Assembly: GCA_001798185.1 (NCBI GenBank)
Contig: MGRM01000005.1
Coordinates: 19,925-83,924 of the forward strand
DNA length: 64,000 nt
Source: Deltaproteobacteria bacterium RIFCSPHIGHO2_02_FULL_44_16
GTDB taxonomy: Bacteria > UBA10199 > 2-02-FULL-44-16
Reading direction: 5' to 3'
In this document: positions 1 through 9,084 of the stretch, in pieces
Position numbering within the stretch: position 1 is the first letter of the stretch
Layout: each line of letters starts with the position of its first letter
Translations under genes and position numbers: made by a program
Notes under the pieces: generated by a model
Told to the model about the DNA's origin: nothing
Database searches by the model: none
Seen by the model: the letters and a program-made list of their open reading frames with translations, nothing else

Positions 1-948
1 CAAGCTGCTTATCAAAAGAGAAATCTTGCGGCGTCATCCCTGCGAAAGCAGGGATCTCATGCTGATCATGAGATTCCCGCTTTCGCGGGAATGACTTTAC
101 AATACGATATGCTGCGCAAACTGGAACTCTCGTTGAAAAACTTCCAAACGTTGAAAAAATATTGTGATAAAAAGAAGATCACGTTTTTAGTCACACCTTT
201 TGATGAACTTTCGGCAGATCAGTTAGATCCTCTGGTTGAGCAATTTAAAATTTCTTCTGGTGATTGTACGAATATCCCTTTGCTCAAACATATTGCGAGC
301 AAACGGAAGCCCATTATTCTCTCCACAGGCATGACAACACTTGAAGAGGTAAGAAGAGCGGTTGATATCTTTTCAAAAAAACAATTTACGCTTTTGCATT
401 GCACGACCAACTATCCATGCCCGTTTCCAGAAGTGAATCTGGGTGCAATGAAAACACTCCGAGATGAGTTTCAGTGTCCCGTTGGACTTTCGGATCATAC
501 CGAGGGGATCGAAGTGGCAATAGCAGCTGCAGCCCTTGGTGCATCGGTGATCGAAAAACATTTTACGCTTGATCGAACACTTCCAGGTCCTGACCACAAA
601 GCGTCTCTGGAACCAAATGAGTTAATATCCATGGTGCGAGCGATTCGCAACATTGAACAGGCGCTCGGAGATGGAGTGAAAAAGCCGCAAATTTCGGAAG
701 TGGAGACAGCAAAAGTCGCCAGGCGCAGTCTTGTCTTTTCAAAAAATCTTCCGAAAGGGACCGTGCTTCATGAGACTCACTTTCTGGCAAAGCGTCCAGG
801 AACAGGTCTCTCTCCAGAAAAAATTGAACAGATTGTGGGTCGAACATTAAAAAAAGCTGTTGTGAAAGATGAACTTGTCAGTTTTGAATCGCTAGAAACC
901 AATTTTTTGGATATTGAGAACGCTCACCCTGAGCTTGTCGAAGGGTGA
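1..948 (+). CDS. neuB: N-acetylneuraminate/legionaminate synthase family (NeuB/LegI), 5'-truncated by window edge
   Basis: Frame is open from base 1 (QAAYQKRNL...QYDMLRKLELS). Motifs KISSGD, ILSTGM, LLHCTTNYP, GLSDHT, IEKHFTLD, GPDH; C-terminal SAF domain (KRPGTGLSP). Confidence 0.93.
   Translation, partial: QAAYQKRNLAASSLRKQGSHADHEIPAFAGMTLQYDMLRKLELSLKNFQTLKKYCDKKKITFLVTPFDELSADQLDPLVEQFKISSGDCTNIPLLKHIASKRKPIILSTGMTTLEEVRRAVDIFSKKQFTLLHCTTNYPCPFPEVNLGAMKTLRDEFQCPVGLSDHTEGIEVAIAAAALGASVIEKHFTLDRTLPGPDHKASLEPNELISMVRAIRNIEQALGDGVKKPQISEVETAKVARRSLVFSKNLPKGTVLHETHFLAKRPGTGLSPEKIEQIVGRTLKKAVVKDELVSFESLETNFLDIENAHPELVEG
33..95. repeat. Palindromic REP/RPE-like element, family A, in frame within NeuB
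   Basis: gtcatccctgcgaaagcagggatctcatg-ctgat-catgagattcccgctttcgcgggaatgac. 63 bp, 29-bp imperfect inverted arms, each arm a hairpin. Confidence 0.9.
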
Positions 949-973
949 TGCTTCGACAGGCTCAGCATGAACG
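921..973. repeat. Palindromic REP-like element, family B
   Basis: cgctcaccctgagcttgtcgaag (921-943) pairs with cttcgacaggctcagcatgaacg (951-973). The NeuB stop TGA (946-948) lies in the loop. Confidence 0.85.
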
Positions 974-995
974 GGATATTTTTGACTTAATAGGT

Positions 996-1937
996 ATGAA
1001 GAAAAAAATAGTCATCATTGGACTTGGCTCGATTGGAAAACGGCACGCACGTCTTCTGTTGGAAGAGGGCTATGACGTCGTCGCCTTTCGATCAGGGACA
1101 CAAAAAGGGAATGATCTGCAACTTCCTGAAATTTATTCCTGGGAAGAACTTTTTAAACTGAAACCAGACGCCTGTTTCATTACGAACCCAACCCATCTTC
1201 ACTTGAAGACAGTTCAGCCGTGTCTTGAAGCAGGGATTCCTGTTTTTCTCGAAAAACCGATCGATATGTCGTGTGAAAACCTCGATGCTTGTTTATCCAT
1301 GCTGAAAGAGCGCCAGCTCCCGACGTATGTGGCGTATGTGCTTCGGTTTCACCCTGTGGTGAAAGCGCTTCGAGAAGAGCTTCAGGGGAAAAAAGTTTTT
1401 CACGTACGAGGAGTCTGTACGTCATATCTCCCAAGCTGGCGAGCAGGAGAGGCGAAGCAATATTATTCAGCTCATGCTTCGCAAGGGGGAGGAGTGATCC
1501 TTGATGTGTCGCATGAGTTTGACCTTATGGATTATCTTTTAGGCCCTCTTGAAGAGATAAAGGGAAACTTTTCAAGATTGTCACATCTAACTGAAAATGC
1601 AGAGGATTTTGTTGATTGCTTCATGCGATCAAAGACAGGTGCCCAGATCAATCTCCATCTGAATTTTTTGAGTCACCACCGTGAACGTCGTTTGGTCATT
1701 GATACGGAAAAGGGATGCTATAAGGGCGATCTTCTTGCAGGGAAACTTTCGTTTCTTTCCGAAAAAGAAGAGAGCTGGGAAAAACAATATCATTTTCACT
1801 CTGACGATCTTTTCCGAGAGCAGATTCGATACTTTTTTGATCATCTGCATGATCCGACGATGATGAACAATCTTGTAGATGCGGCACCACTCTATCGAAA
1901 AATCATTGCGATGCGAGAGGGGAAATCTCTTTTATGA
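996..1937 (+). CDS. Gfo/Idh/MocA family oxidoreductase (PtmF/ElaA-like)
   Basis: GLGSIG Rossmann motif, FLEKP, GGGVILDVSHEFD. Start placed at ATG 996 because the longer 945 start lies inside the repeat. Confidence 0.85.
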   Translation: MKKKIVIIGLGSIGKRHARLLLEEGYDVVAFRSGTQKGNDLQLPEIYSWEELFKLKPDACFITNPTHLHLKTVQPCLEAGIPVFLEKPIDMSCENLDACLSMLKERQLPTYVAYVLRFHPVVKALREELQGKKVFHVRGVCTSYLPSWRAGEAKQYYSAHASQGGGVILDVSHEFDLMDYLLGPLEEIKGNFSRLSHLTENAEDFVDCFMRSKTGAQINLHLNFLSHHRERRLVIDTEKGCYKGDLLAGKLSFLSEKEESWEKQYHFHSDDLFREQIRYFFDHLHDPTMMNNLVDAAPLYRKIIAMREGKSLL

Positions 1938-2644
1938 ACATTCTAGTGACGATTGCTGCGCGCGGTGGTTCCAAAGGAGTGCCTGGAAAAAACATTCGTC
2001 CTCTTTGCGGGAAACCTTTGATAGCTCACACCATTGAACAAGCAAAAAGATGGGGAAGAGCTTCGCACAGTGTGGTGAGCACAGATTCTGACAAGATTGC
2101 TTCTGTTGCCCGTGATTACGGTGCGCTTGTTCCCTTTATGCGTCCCGCAGAGATGGCAACCGATACTGCGGATAAGTTTTCGGTTCTTCGCCATGCCACA
2201 AAAACTTCCGAAGAAATTTTTCAAACGACGTACGATATTATCGTGGATCTTGATGTAACATCTCCTTTTCGAACGGTGCAAGATTTGGAAAATTGTTTAG
2301 ATATCTTTACCCAGAAAAGGCCGCAGGCCCTTTTTAGTGTGGTCAGGGCGCATAAGAGCCCGTACTTCAATATGGTGGAAGTGGATGAGAGGGGATTTGC
2401 TTCTCTTTCGAAACGACTTGCCACGAATATTCATCGTCGTCAGGACGCGCCGGTGGTGTATGCGATGAATGCTTCGATTTATTTTTATGATCGAGATTTT
2501 TTAATTGATCCCCAAAGCATGTCTCCCATTTCAGATCGCTCAGTGATTTATGAAATGGAAGAAATCTCGAGTTTCGATATCGATCGCGAAATCGATTTTC
2601 ACTACGCAGAATTTCTTGTCACGGGAGGATATTTTTCATTATGA
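1934..2644 (+). CDS. neuA: Acylneuraminate cytidylyltransferase (NeuA/LegF/PtmB family)
   Basis: ARGGSKGVPGKN, VVSTDS, TSPFR, RRQDAP, DID motifs. Confidence 0.92.
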   Translation: MNILVTIAARGGSKGVPGKNIRPLCGKPLIAHTIEQAKRWGRASHSVVSTDSDKIASVARDYGALVPFMRPAEMATDTADKFSVLRHATKTSEEIFQTTYDIIVDLDVTSPFRTVQDLENCLDIFTQKRPQALFSVVRAHKSPYFNMVEVDERGFASLSKRLATNIHRRQDAPVVYAMNASIYFYDRDFLIDPQSMSPISDRSVIYEMEEISSFDIDREIDFHYAEFLVTGGYFSL

Positions 2645-3420
2645 AAAATCTTTTCGATCTTACAGATCGTGTGGTAGTCGTTACGGGAGGAGCAGGGACG
2701 CTTGGGAGAAGTTTTGTTTCGGCATTTCTTCAAGCCGGGGCAAACGTTGTCATTGCTGAAAAGGATGTTGAATGCGCAAATGATTTTGTTTCTCAATTAC
2801 AGTATAAAGATCGTGTACAGTCTGTAGCTCTCGATATCTCATCTGAATCTTCTCTTCTCTCTTGTATGACCGACATCGTAAAGCGCCAGGGACGTATCGA
2901 TGTCTGGATCAACAACGCTTATCCACGCACGAGCGATTGGCATCTTCCCTTCGATAAAATTCCTTTTGCGTCATGGCAGAAAAATATCAATGATCATTTG
3001 AATGGCTATTGCTGGTGTGCCCGCGAGGTGGCCGAAGAAATGAAAAGCCACGGCAGTGGCTCGATCATTAATATTGCCTCTATTTATGGAATTGTTGGCC
3101 CCGATTTTTCGATTTACGAAGGAACACAGATGACGATGCCAGCAGCCTATGCAGCGATCAAAGGAGGCATTGTTCAGTTCACGCGCTATTTAGCCTCTTG
3201 GTACGGTTCTTCTGGAGTACGGGTGAATACGATCTCTCCTGGTGGTATTGAAGCGGATCAACCGAAAAGTTTTAAAGAAAAATATATCGCGCGAACACCG
3301 CTCCGCCGCATGGGGACGCCTGAAGATATTTCAGGTGCAGCCCTTTTTCTCGCTTCCGACGCTTCATCTTATATGACCGGCCACAATCTCGTGATTGATG
3401 GCGGTTGGAGTATTATATGA
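2641..3420 (+). CDS. SDR oxidoreductase, PtmA/ElaC-like
   Basis: TGGAGTLG, NNAYPR, ASIYG, YAAIK, TGHNLVIDGG. Confidence 0.85.
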   Translation: MKNLFDLTDRVVVVTGGAGTLGRSFVSAFLQAGANVVIAEKDVECANDFVSQLQYKDRVQSVALDISSESSLLSCMTDIVKRQGRIDVWINNAYPRTSDWHLPFDKIPFASWQKNINDHLNGYCWCAREVAEEMKSHGSGSIINIASIYGIVGPDFSIYEGTQMTMPAAYAAIKGGIVQFTRYLASWYGSSGVRVNTISPGGIEADQPKSFKEKYIARTPLRRMGTPEDISGAALFLASDASSYMTGHNLVIDGGWSII

Positions 3421-5579
3421 AAATTTTAAGTACCCTTGGTCCCGCCTCGTTGAAAAAAGAGATCATTCAAAAGTTAGATGTGCTTGGTGTTGACATTTTT
3501 CGTATTAATCTTTCCCATGTGGGTCTCGATGTTCTCGAGCAGATCATTTGCACCATCAAAGAAGCGACTTCAAAACAGATTTGTATTGATACGGAAGGGG
3601 CGCAAATCCGCAATCGATACATGGAAAAGAATGTGCAGGTGAAAGAAAATGCGCTCATTGAACTGACCTCTCAAGAAGTGCTTGGCAATGAACGTCTGCT
3701 TTCACTTTCACCGACCTTTGCGGTCGATCTCATTGAAGAGGGGAGTTTTGTCAGTATCGATTTTGATTCTGTCTTTTTACACGTGATTGAAAAAAAACCG
3801 GGGAAACTCATTGCCAAAGTTCTTTCGGGCGGCACGATCGGAAGTAATAAGGCTGTGACGGTCGATCATCCGGTAGCTCTCCCGGTGCTTTCAGAAAAAG
3901 ATGAAAAAGCCATCGAGCTTGCAAAAAAATATGGCATTGATTGTTACGCACTTTCATTTGCTTCAAGCGCCAAAGCGGTGAAGTATGTTCGCGAACGTAT
4001 AGGATCATCGGCATTTTTAATCTCAAAAATTGAAAGTCGGCAGGGTGTTCGCAATGTGGACGAAATTCTTGAGGTCACTGATGCAATTCTGATTGATCGC
4101 GGCGATCTTTCGCGTGAAGTGGCCATTGAAAAAATTCCCTTTCTTCAAAAACTTCTGATTCAAAAAGCGAATGAGAAAAAAGTGCCAGTGTTCGTTGCAA
4201 CAAATCTTCTCGAATCAATGACTGATCGTCGGAAACCGACACGCGCTGAAATGAATGATGTCATGAATACACTTCTTGATGGAGCCGATGGCCTTGTTTT
4301 AGCGGCTGAGACTGCAGTGGGAAAACATCCGCGCGATTGTGTGGCTCTTGTCTCCTCGTGTATTCAGCACTTTCAGGAATGCACCAAGATAAAATCTTGT
4401 GATGATCTTCTGGCAGATCATTCCTTTTTTCTCACAGCACCACACGGTGGGACATTAGTAGAAGCGTTGTCGGAAAAGAGAGATCGAGAGGAACTTTCTG
4501 CTTTTCCAACTCTTTTTGTGGATGAAACCACCTTGATGGATGCAGAGCAGATTGCCATTGGAACCTTTTCTCCGCTTCGTGGATTTATGACGCGTGAAGA
4601 GGTGCAGCATGTTCTTTCTGACTATGCTTTGCCAACAGGAACACCTTGGCCTCTTCCTATTCTCTTTCAAGTATCACAGGAACAAGCTGCACGTTGTCGT
4701 GAAAACAAATGTGTTGCTCTTGCGTCGTCGCAAACAAAACAAGTTCATGCGCTTCTTCAGGTAACCGATGTTTATCCTTATGATCTTAAAAAGCTCGCTC
4801 GTGAGATGTATGGAGTTGACACTGAAGAGCATGCTGGAGTGAAGCGTCTTCTGAAAAATGAGGGATGGTTTGTGGGCGGAGAAATAACGCTCGTGAGCAG
4901 ATTGCCGCGTCCTCTGAAACGTTATGAACTCACGCCTCGTCAGACGCGCATTATTTTTGAACATCAGGGATGGAGTCGTATCGTCGGTTTTCATACACGC
5001 AATGTGATTCATCGCGCGCATGAAGCGCTTCAACTCACGGCGCTCGAAAAATATGGATGCGATGCGCTTTTTGTGCATCCGGTGGTGGGCCCAAAAAAGA
5101 AGGATGACTATACATCTGAAGTGATTCTCAAAAGTTATGAACATATGGTGGAACATCATTATCCTTCGCAGGTGCTCTTAGCAGCCTTCTCTACGTTTTC
5201 GCGATATGCAGGTCCACGCGAAGCGGTCTTTACAGCGCTTTGCCGGAAAAATTTCGGATGCAGTCATTTCATTATGGGACGCGACCACACAGGTGTCGGA
5301 GAGTTTTATGCAGCCGATGCGTCCCAGAAGCTTTTTTCCGAAATGGGAGATTTAGGAATTCAACCTGTTTTCTTTGATCGTGTTTCCTATTGCGATAAAT
5401 GTGGTCGTCATGTGGAAACATGCGAGCATGGAGAAGCAGCGCATCTTTTTATCAGTGGAACCAAAGCGCGAGAGATGTTGATGGCAGGAGAACGACCCCC
5501 GGAATGGTTTATGCGTTCGGATATCTCAGATCTTTTAATGAAAGCGATGAAGGAAGGAAAAGAAGTCTTTGTCTCCTAA
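3417..5579 (+). CDS. Pyruvate kinase-like domain fused to sulfate adenylyltransferase (Sat)
   Basis: N-half: STLGPAS, FRINLSH, KIES, RGDLSRE, ATNLLESM, PTRAE, DGADGLVLAAETAVG. C-half: PHGG, FHTRNVIHRAH, RYAGPREA, RKNFGCSHFIMGRDH, SGTKAR. One continuous ORF; ATGA overlap with upstream stop. Confidence 0.9.
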   Translation: MKILSTLGPASLKKEIIQKLDVLGVDIFRINLSHVGLDVLEQIICTIKEATSKQICIDTEGAQIRNRYMEKNVQVKENALIELTSQEVLGNERLLSLSPTFAVDLIEEGSFVSIDFDSVFLHVIEKKPGKLIAKVLSGGTIGSNKAVTVDHPVALPVLSEKDEKAIELAKKYGIDCYALSFASSAKAVKYVRERIGSSAFLISKIESRQGVRNVDEILEVTDAILIDRGDLSREVAIEKIPFLQKLLIQKANEKKVPVFVATNLLESMTDRRKPTRAEMNDVMNTLLDGADGLVLAAETAVGKHPRDCVALVSSCIQHFQECTKIKSCDDLLADHSFFLTAPHGGTLVEALSEKRDREELSAFPTLFVDETTLMDAEQIAIGTFSPLRGFMTREEVQHVLSDYALPTGTPWPLPILFQVSQEQAARCRENKCVALASSQTKQVHALLQVTDVYPYDLKKLAREMYGVDTEEHAGVKRLLKNEGWFVGGEITLVSRLPRPLKRYELTPRQTRIIFEHQGWSRIVGFHTRNVIHRAHEALQLTALEKYGCDALFVHPVVGPKKKDDYTSEVILKSYEHMVEHHYPSQVLLAAFSTFSRYAGPREAVFTALCRKNFGCSHFIMGRDHTGVGEFYAADASQKLFSEMGDLGIQPVFFDRVSYCDKCGRHVETCEHGEAAHLFISGTKAREMLMAGERPPEWFMRSDISDLLMKAMKEGKEVFVS

Positions 5580-6105
5580 ACAAGCTCCTATTTTTTGGAT
5601 GACCGGTTTGTCTGGCGCTGGCAAAACGACCCTCGTCAATGCGGCGATCCGTGAACTTTCAGCTGAAGGATATCGTATCAAAGTGCTCGATGGCGATGTG
5701 GTGCGACTGGAAGTCAATCCCCATTTAGGTTTTACGCCAGAGGATATCCGAGAGAATAATCGTATTATTGCAACCCTCTGTCTTGAGCATCGTCCTCATC
5801 ACGATCTTCTTTTTGTTCCGGTGATTACCCCCTTTGAAGATATACGAAACGAAATTCGAAAACGAATTGGGGAAGGATTTTTTCTCATTTATCTCAAGAC
5901 ATCGTTACAGACGGTGATGCAACGAGATGTCAAAGGGCTCTATCAAAAGGCTTTAAAAAAAGAGATTGATCATGTGATCGGTTTTGATGAGCGCGTTCCG
6001 TTTCAGGAACCAACGCATCCAGATCTTGTGATTCATACAGAGAAAGAAATGTTAACTGAATCGACGGATTGCTTTTTGACGTTTATTCGAAAGGTTTTAG
6101 ATTAA
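5569..6105 (+). CDS. cysC: Adenylyl-sulfate kinase
   Basis: WMTGLSGAGKTT, LDGDVVR, RDVKGLY motifs; follows Sat. Confidence 0.9.
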   Translation: MSPKQAPIFWMTGLSGAGKTTLVNAAIRELSAEGYRIKVLDGDVVRLEVNPHLGFTPEDIRENNRIIATLCLEHRPHHDLLFVPVITPFEDIRNEIRKRIGEGFFLIYLKTSLQTVMQRDVKGLYQKALKKEIDHVIGFDERVPFQEPTHPDLVIHTEKEMLTESTDCFLTFIRKVLD

Positions 6106-6108
6106 GCG

Positions 6109-7725
6109 ATGGGTGAGCAGATATATACGGTGATTGGTTCAGGTCCGAGTGCGGTGCATGCGGCCCTCACGTTATTAGAGCGAGGAAAACGTGTTCGCCT
6201 TCTCGATGTGGGAGAAGAAGAAAAACCGATTCCATATCCTGAAGTCAATTTTTTGGAATTGAAATCAAAACTTTCTGATCCTTTTCGTTTTTTCCTCGGA
6301 GAACATGCAGAAGGGGTTCTTTCTCCAAATAGAGAAGAAATTTTTTCCTATCCTCCTGTACGAAATTTTCATGTTTCCTCTCACAATCCTTATTTTCGTG
6401 TTGAGGGAAAAGAATTTGTTCCGATTGTTTCGCACAATCGTGGCGGTCTCGGAGTAGCGTGGGGTGCGAACTGTCTGCCATACGATGCTGACGACATGAG
6501 AGATTTTCCGGTCTCTTCCCAGGAGTTTGCGAGTGCCTATGAGCGCGTGGGAAAACGCATTGCGATTTGCGGTGAACGTCAGGAGGAGGGGGGATCTTTT
6601 TTACCTCTTAATCGACATGATGCGCAGGTATGGAAAAAATATCTTGAGCACCAACATCTTCTGCAGAAAAAATTTCGCATCGTGATGGAACGCGCGCGAA
6701 TGGCGGTGGATACAGATCCACATTCGCCAACCCGTTGTATTTCGTGCAATCGTTGTTTGTGGGGATGTGGAGTGGGAGCGATTTATAATCCGACAGCCAC
6801 CCTTGAACTCTGTCGACGGTATGAACAATTTGAATATCGCTCCGGCATCTACGTTACCTCGTTTGGGATTGAACACGGAAAAGTGACGAAGATTCATTTT
6901 TTCGATATCCCTCGACAGCAATTCGATACTCTCTCAGCTGAAACTGTTTTGCTCGGTGCTGGTGCTCTCAGTAGTGCTGGCATCTTCTTACGAACGCTCA
7001 AAAATGACCCACAGTTCGCTCCTCAATGGAAAGAGCGTCAGCTCCGAACGCGGTCGGTGATGGATACGCAGGTCATCAAGCTCCCCTATCTTTTATGGCG
7101 TGCGCTTGGGAGTCAGGTTGATCCTCATGATTTTCAATTTAACAAGCTTATTCTCGGATATATGAATGAAACCTGTTCGCACTACCCTCGTTATGTTCAT
7201 GCAGAAGTGCTTTCGCTTTCGAGTTTGCTCTATCATCCTCTCATCGAATCGCTCCCGTTTGGAAGTCGCGATTCAGCTCGAATCTTCGCACAGATTCGAT
7301 CAGCGCTGGGTGTGGCGACTTATTTTCTTCCGGATCGACCGTATGGAGAGAATGGTATTTCCTTGGAACCTGATGGGGGAACCATTACCGGCGATCGTTT
7401 AAAAATTACGTATCAAACAGATCCTCAAAAAATGGCATTGGCTGAAGAAGCGTGTCAATATACCCGACGCGTTTTTCGTCGCCTTGGATGTTGGATGCCA
7501 AAAAAGAAGATGCTTCAGCCAAAACCGGGAAGCGGGATTCATTATGCCGGAACGATTCCGATGTCGAAAGAACGTGATATCCTCTGTATCGATTCGAAAG
7601 GTGCAAGTTTTGCCTATCCGAATTTGTATGTCATCGATGGTTCTGGCTTTCCAACGCTTCCTTCAAAAAGCATTACCTTTTCATTGATGGCAAATGCGAC
7701 ACGCATTGCGGAACATGTTTCCTGA
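6109..7725 (+). CDS. GMC family FAD oxidoreductase
   Basis: VIGSGPS, GGLGVAWGA, CISCNRCLWGC, LGAGALSS, IHYAGT, NLYVIDGSGFP. Confidence 0.8.
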   Translation: MGEQIYTVIGSGPSAVHAALTLLERGKRVRLLDVGEEEKPIPYPEVNFLELKSKLSDPFRFFLGEHAEGVLSPNREEIFSYPPVRNFHVSSHNPYFRVEGKEFVPIVSHNRGGLGVAWGANCLPYDADDMRDFPVSSQEFASAYERVGKRIAICGERQEEGGSFLPLNRHDAQVWKKYLEHQHLLQKKFRIVMERARMAVDTDPHSPTRCISCNRCLWGCGVGAIYNPTATLELCRRYEQFEYRSGIYVTSFGIEHGKVTKIHFFDIPRQQFDTLSAETVLLGAGALSSAGIFLRTLKNDPQFAPQWKERQLRTRSVMDTQVIKLPYLLWRALGSQVDPHDFQFNKLILGYMNETCSHYPRYVHAEVLSLSSLLYHPLIESLPFGSRDSARIFAQIRSALGVATYFLPDRPYGENGISLEPDGGTITGDRLKITYQTDPQKMALAEEACQYTRRVFRRLGCWMPKKKMLQPKPGSGIHYAGTIPMSKERDILCIDSKGASFAYPNLYVIDGSGFPTLPSKSITFSLMANATRIAEHVS

Positions 7726-8647
7726 TGAAAATAAAAAAGATGTTTTTGTGACTGGTGCTCACCGATCTGGCTCGAGTTGGATTGGAAAGATGTTGGCTCT
7801 TGGAGAAAATATTTGTCTTCGAGATGAAGAAATTTTTCATCGTTATTGGGAGTTGGCAAAAGCTCCTTTTGAAAAAATGCATGCGTATATTTGTCAGGAG
7901 AATGAACATCACTATCTCCCTTATGTGAATCGTATGGTGAACAATCGTTTCCATTTAGCACGAGCGATGGCGCATATTCGTTCAGCGCGAGATGTAGGTC
8001 GTGTTGTGAAGCGTCAGGGAGTTTTTTGGAGGCGACAACTTCAATCAGCAGAACGCACGATTTACATTGAACCGATCGGACTGTTTTCTGCTGAATGGTT
8101 TTCTCAGAAATTTCATACCGATATGCTTCTCGTGATCAGGCATCCAGCTTCTTTTGTGAGTAGTTTGAAAAGTTTGAATTGGGGTTATAACTTCAATGAT
8201 CTTCTTGAACAACCTCTTTTAATGGACCGCTATTTATCGCGATTTCGCCATGACATGGAGAGAGCTCCTCGTAAACCGGATGTGGTTGGTATCGGCATTC
8301 TTCTCTGGAAAATTTTGTATTCTGTAGTTCATCAGTATCAACAACAGCATCCTGACTGGATTTTTATTCGACATGAAGATTATGCGCAACATCCAGAAAA
8401 AAAGTTTCAAGAACTCTATCAGCGTTTACACTTTCCGTTTACAACAACAGTAGAGCAGACTATTTCCGATTATACTTCTCCCTCTAATCCAACGGAATTT
8501 TCTGGAAAAAGAGATGACTCTCGTCGCAATAGCCGTGAAACAATTCATATTTGGAAAACTCGTTTAACAGAAGAAGAGGTGAAGCGCATTCGTGATGGTG
8601 TGGAAGAAGTCTCTTCGTTTTTCTATGATGGAGCGAGTTGGGAATGA
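7715..8647 (+). CDS. PAPS-dependent sulfotransferase
   Basis: 5'-PSB loop TGAHRSGSSW; 3'-PB IRHPASFVSS; IRHEDY; WK near C-terminus. Confidence 0.85.
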   Translation: MFPDENKKDVFVTGAHRSGSSWIGKMLALGENICLRDEEIFHRYWELAKAPFEKMHAYICQENEHHYLPYVNRMVNNRFHLARAMAHIRSARDVGRVVKRQGVFWRRQLQSAERTIYIEPIGLFSAEWFSQKFHTDMLLVIRHPASFVSSLKSLNWGYNFNDLLEQPLLMDRYLSRFRHDMERAPRKPDVVGIGILLWKILYSVVHQYQQQHPDWIFIRHEDYAQHPEKKFQELYQRLHFPFTTTVEQTISDYTSPSNPTEFSGKRDDSRRNSRETIHIWKTRLTEEEVKRIRDGVEEVSSFFYDGASWE

Positions 8648-9084
8648 AACAGGAACTGACGCGGATAGTTCACTATCTTTTTGGTATGTCTGCCGGGAAT
8701 GCTGCTTTTTCTTCCCTGTATGAAGAGAACGTGCATCGCATTTGTGCCGGTTCAAATCCAAGTCCTTTTTCGCATCTGGTATCGAAGGTTGCACTCAAAC
8801 ACCGATTTTTTTTAATGTTGCTCGATCCATGGACTCGTCTTTTTGATCCTAAAAGTCTTCTTCGATGTAAGCTTAATTTTGTAGTGGCATTAGCAGAATG
8901 TGATCCTCTCTTATGCTTGAAACTTCAAAGAAAAACACAAGGAGATATGATTTCTGTGATGATCATCGGTCTCTGGCTCGTCATTCGATGGGCAATGTTT
9001 CTGCTGGTGGGAACTCTTTTGGTAGCATTTTTAAAATGTATTTCGGTGGTGAAACGAAATGAAGCATTCCTTTTTTCACGATAA
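8644..9084 (+). CDS. Hypothetical membrane protein
   Basis: ATGA-coupled to upstream gene; hydrophobic C-terminal segment; no family recognised. Confidence 0.6.
   Translation: MKQELTRIVHYLFGMSAGNAAFSSLYEENVHRICAGSNPSPFSHLVSKVALKHRFFLMLLDPWTRLFDPKSLLRCKLNFVVALAECDPLLCLKLQRKTQGDMISVMIIGLWLVIRWAMFLLVGTLLVAFLKCISVVKRNEAFLFSR

Noticed and set aside
945..995. N-terminal extensions in the ORF track (945, 26791, 52692)
   Set aside because: These starts fall in or at the edge of repeats; downstream ATGs match family N-termini better.
5569..6105. CysC-like kinase as part of a Campylobacter-type O-methyl phosphoramidate pathway
   Set aside because: No glutamine kinase or amidotransferase in the window; adjacent Sat and sulfotransferase explain it as a true APS kinase.
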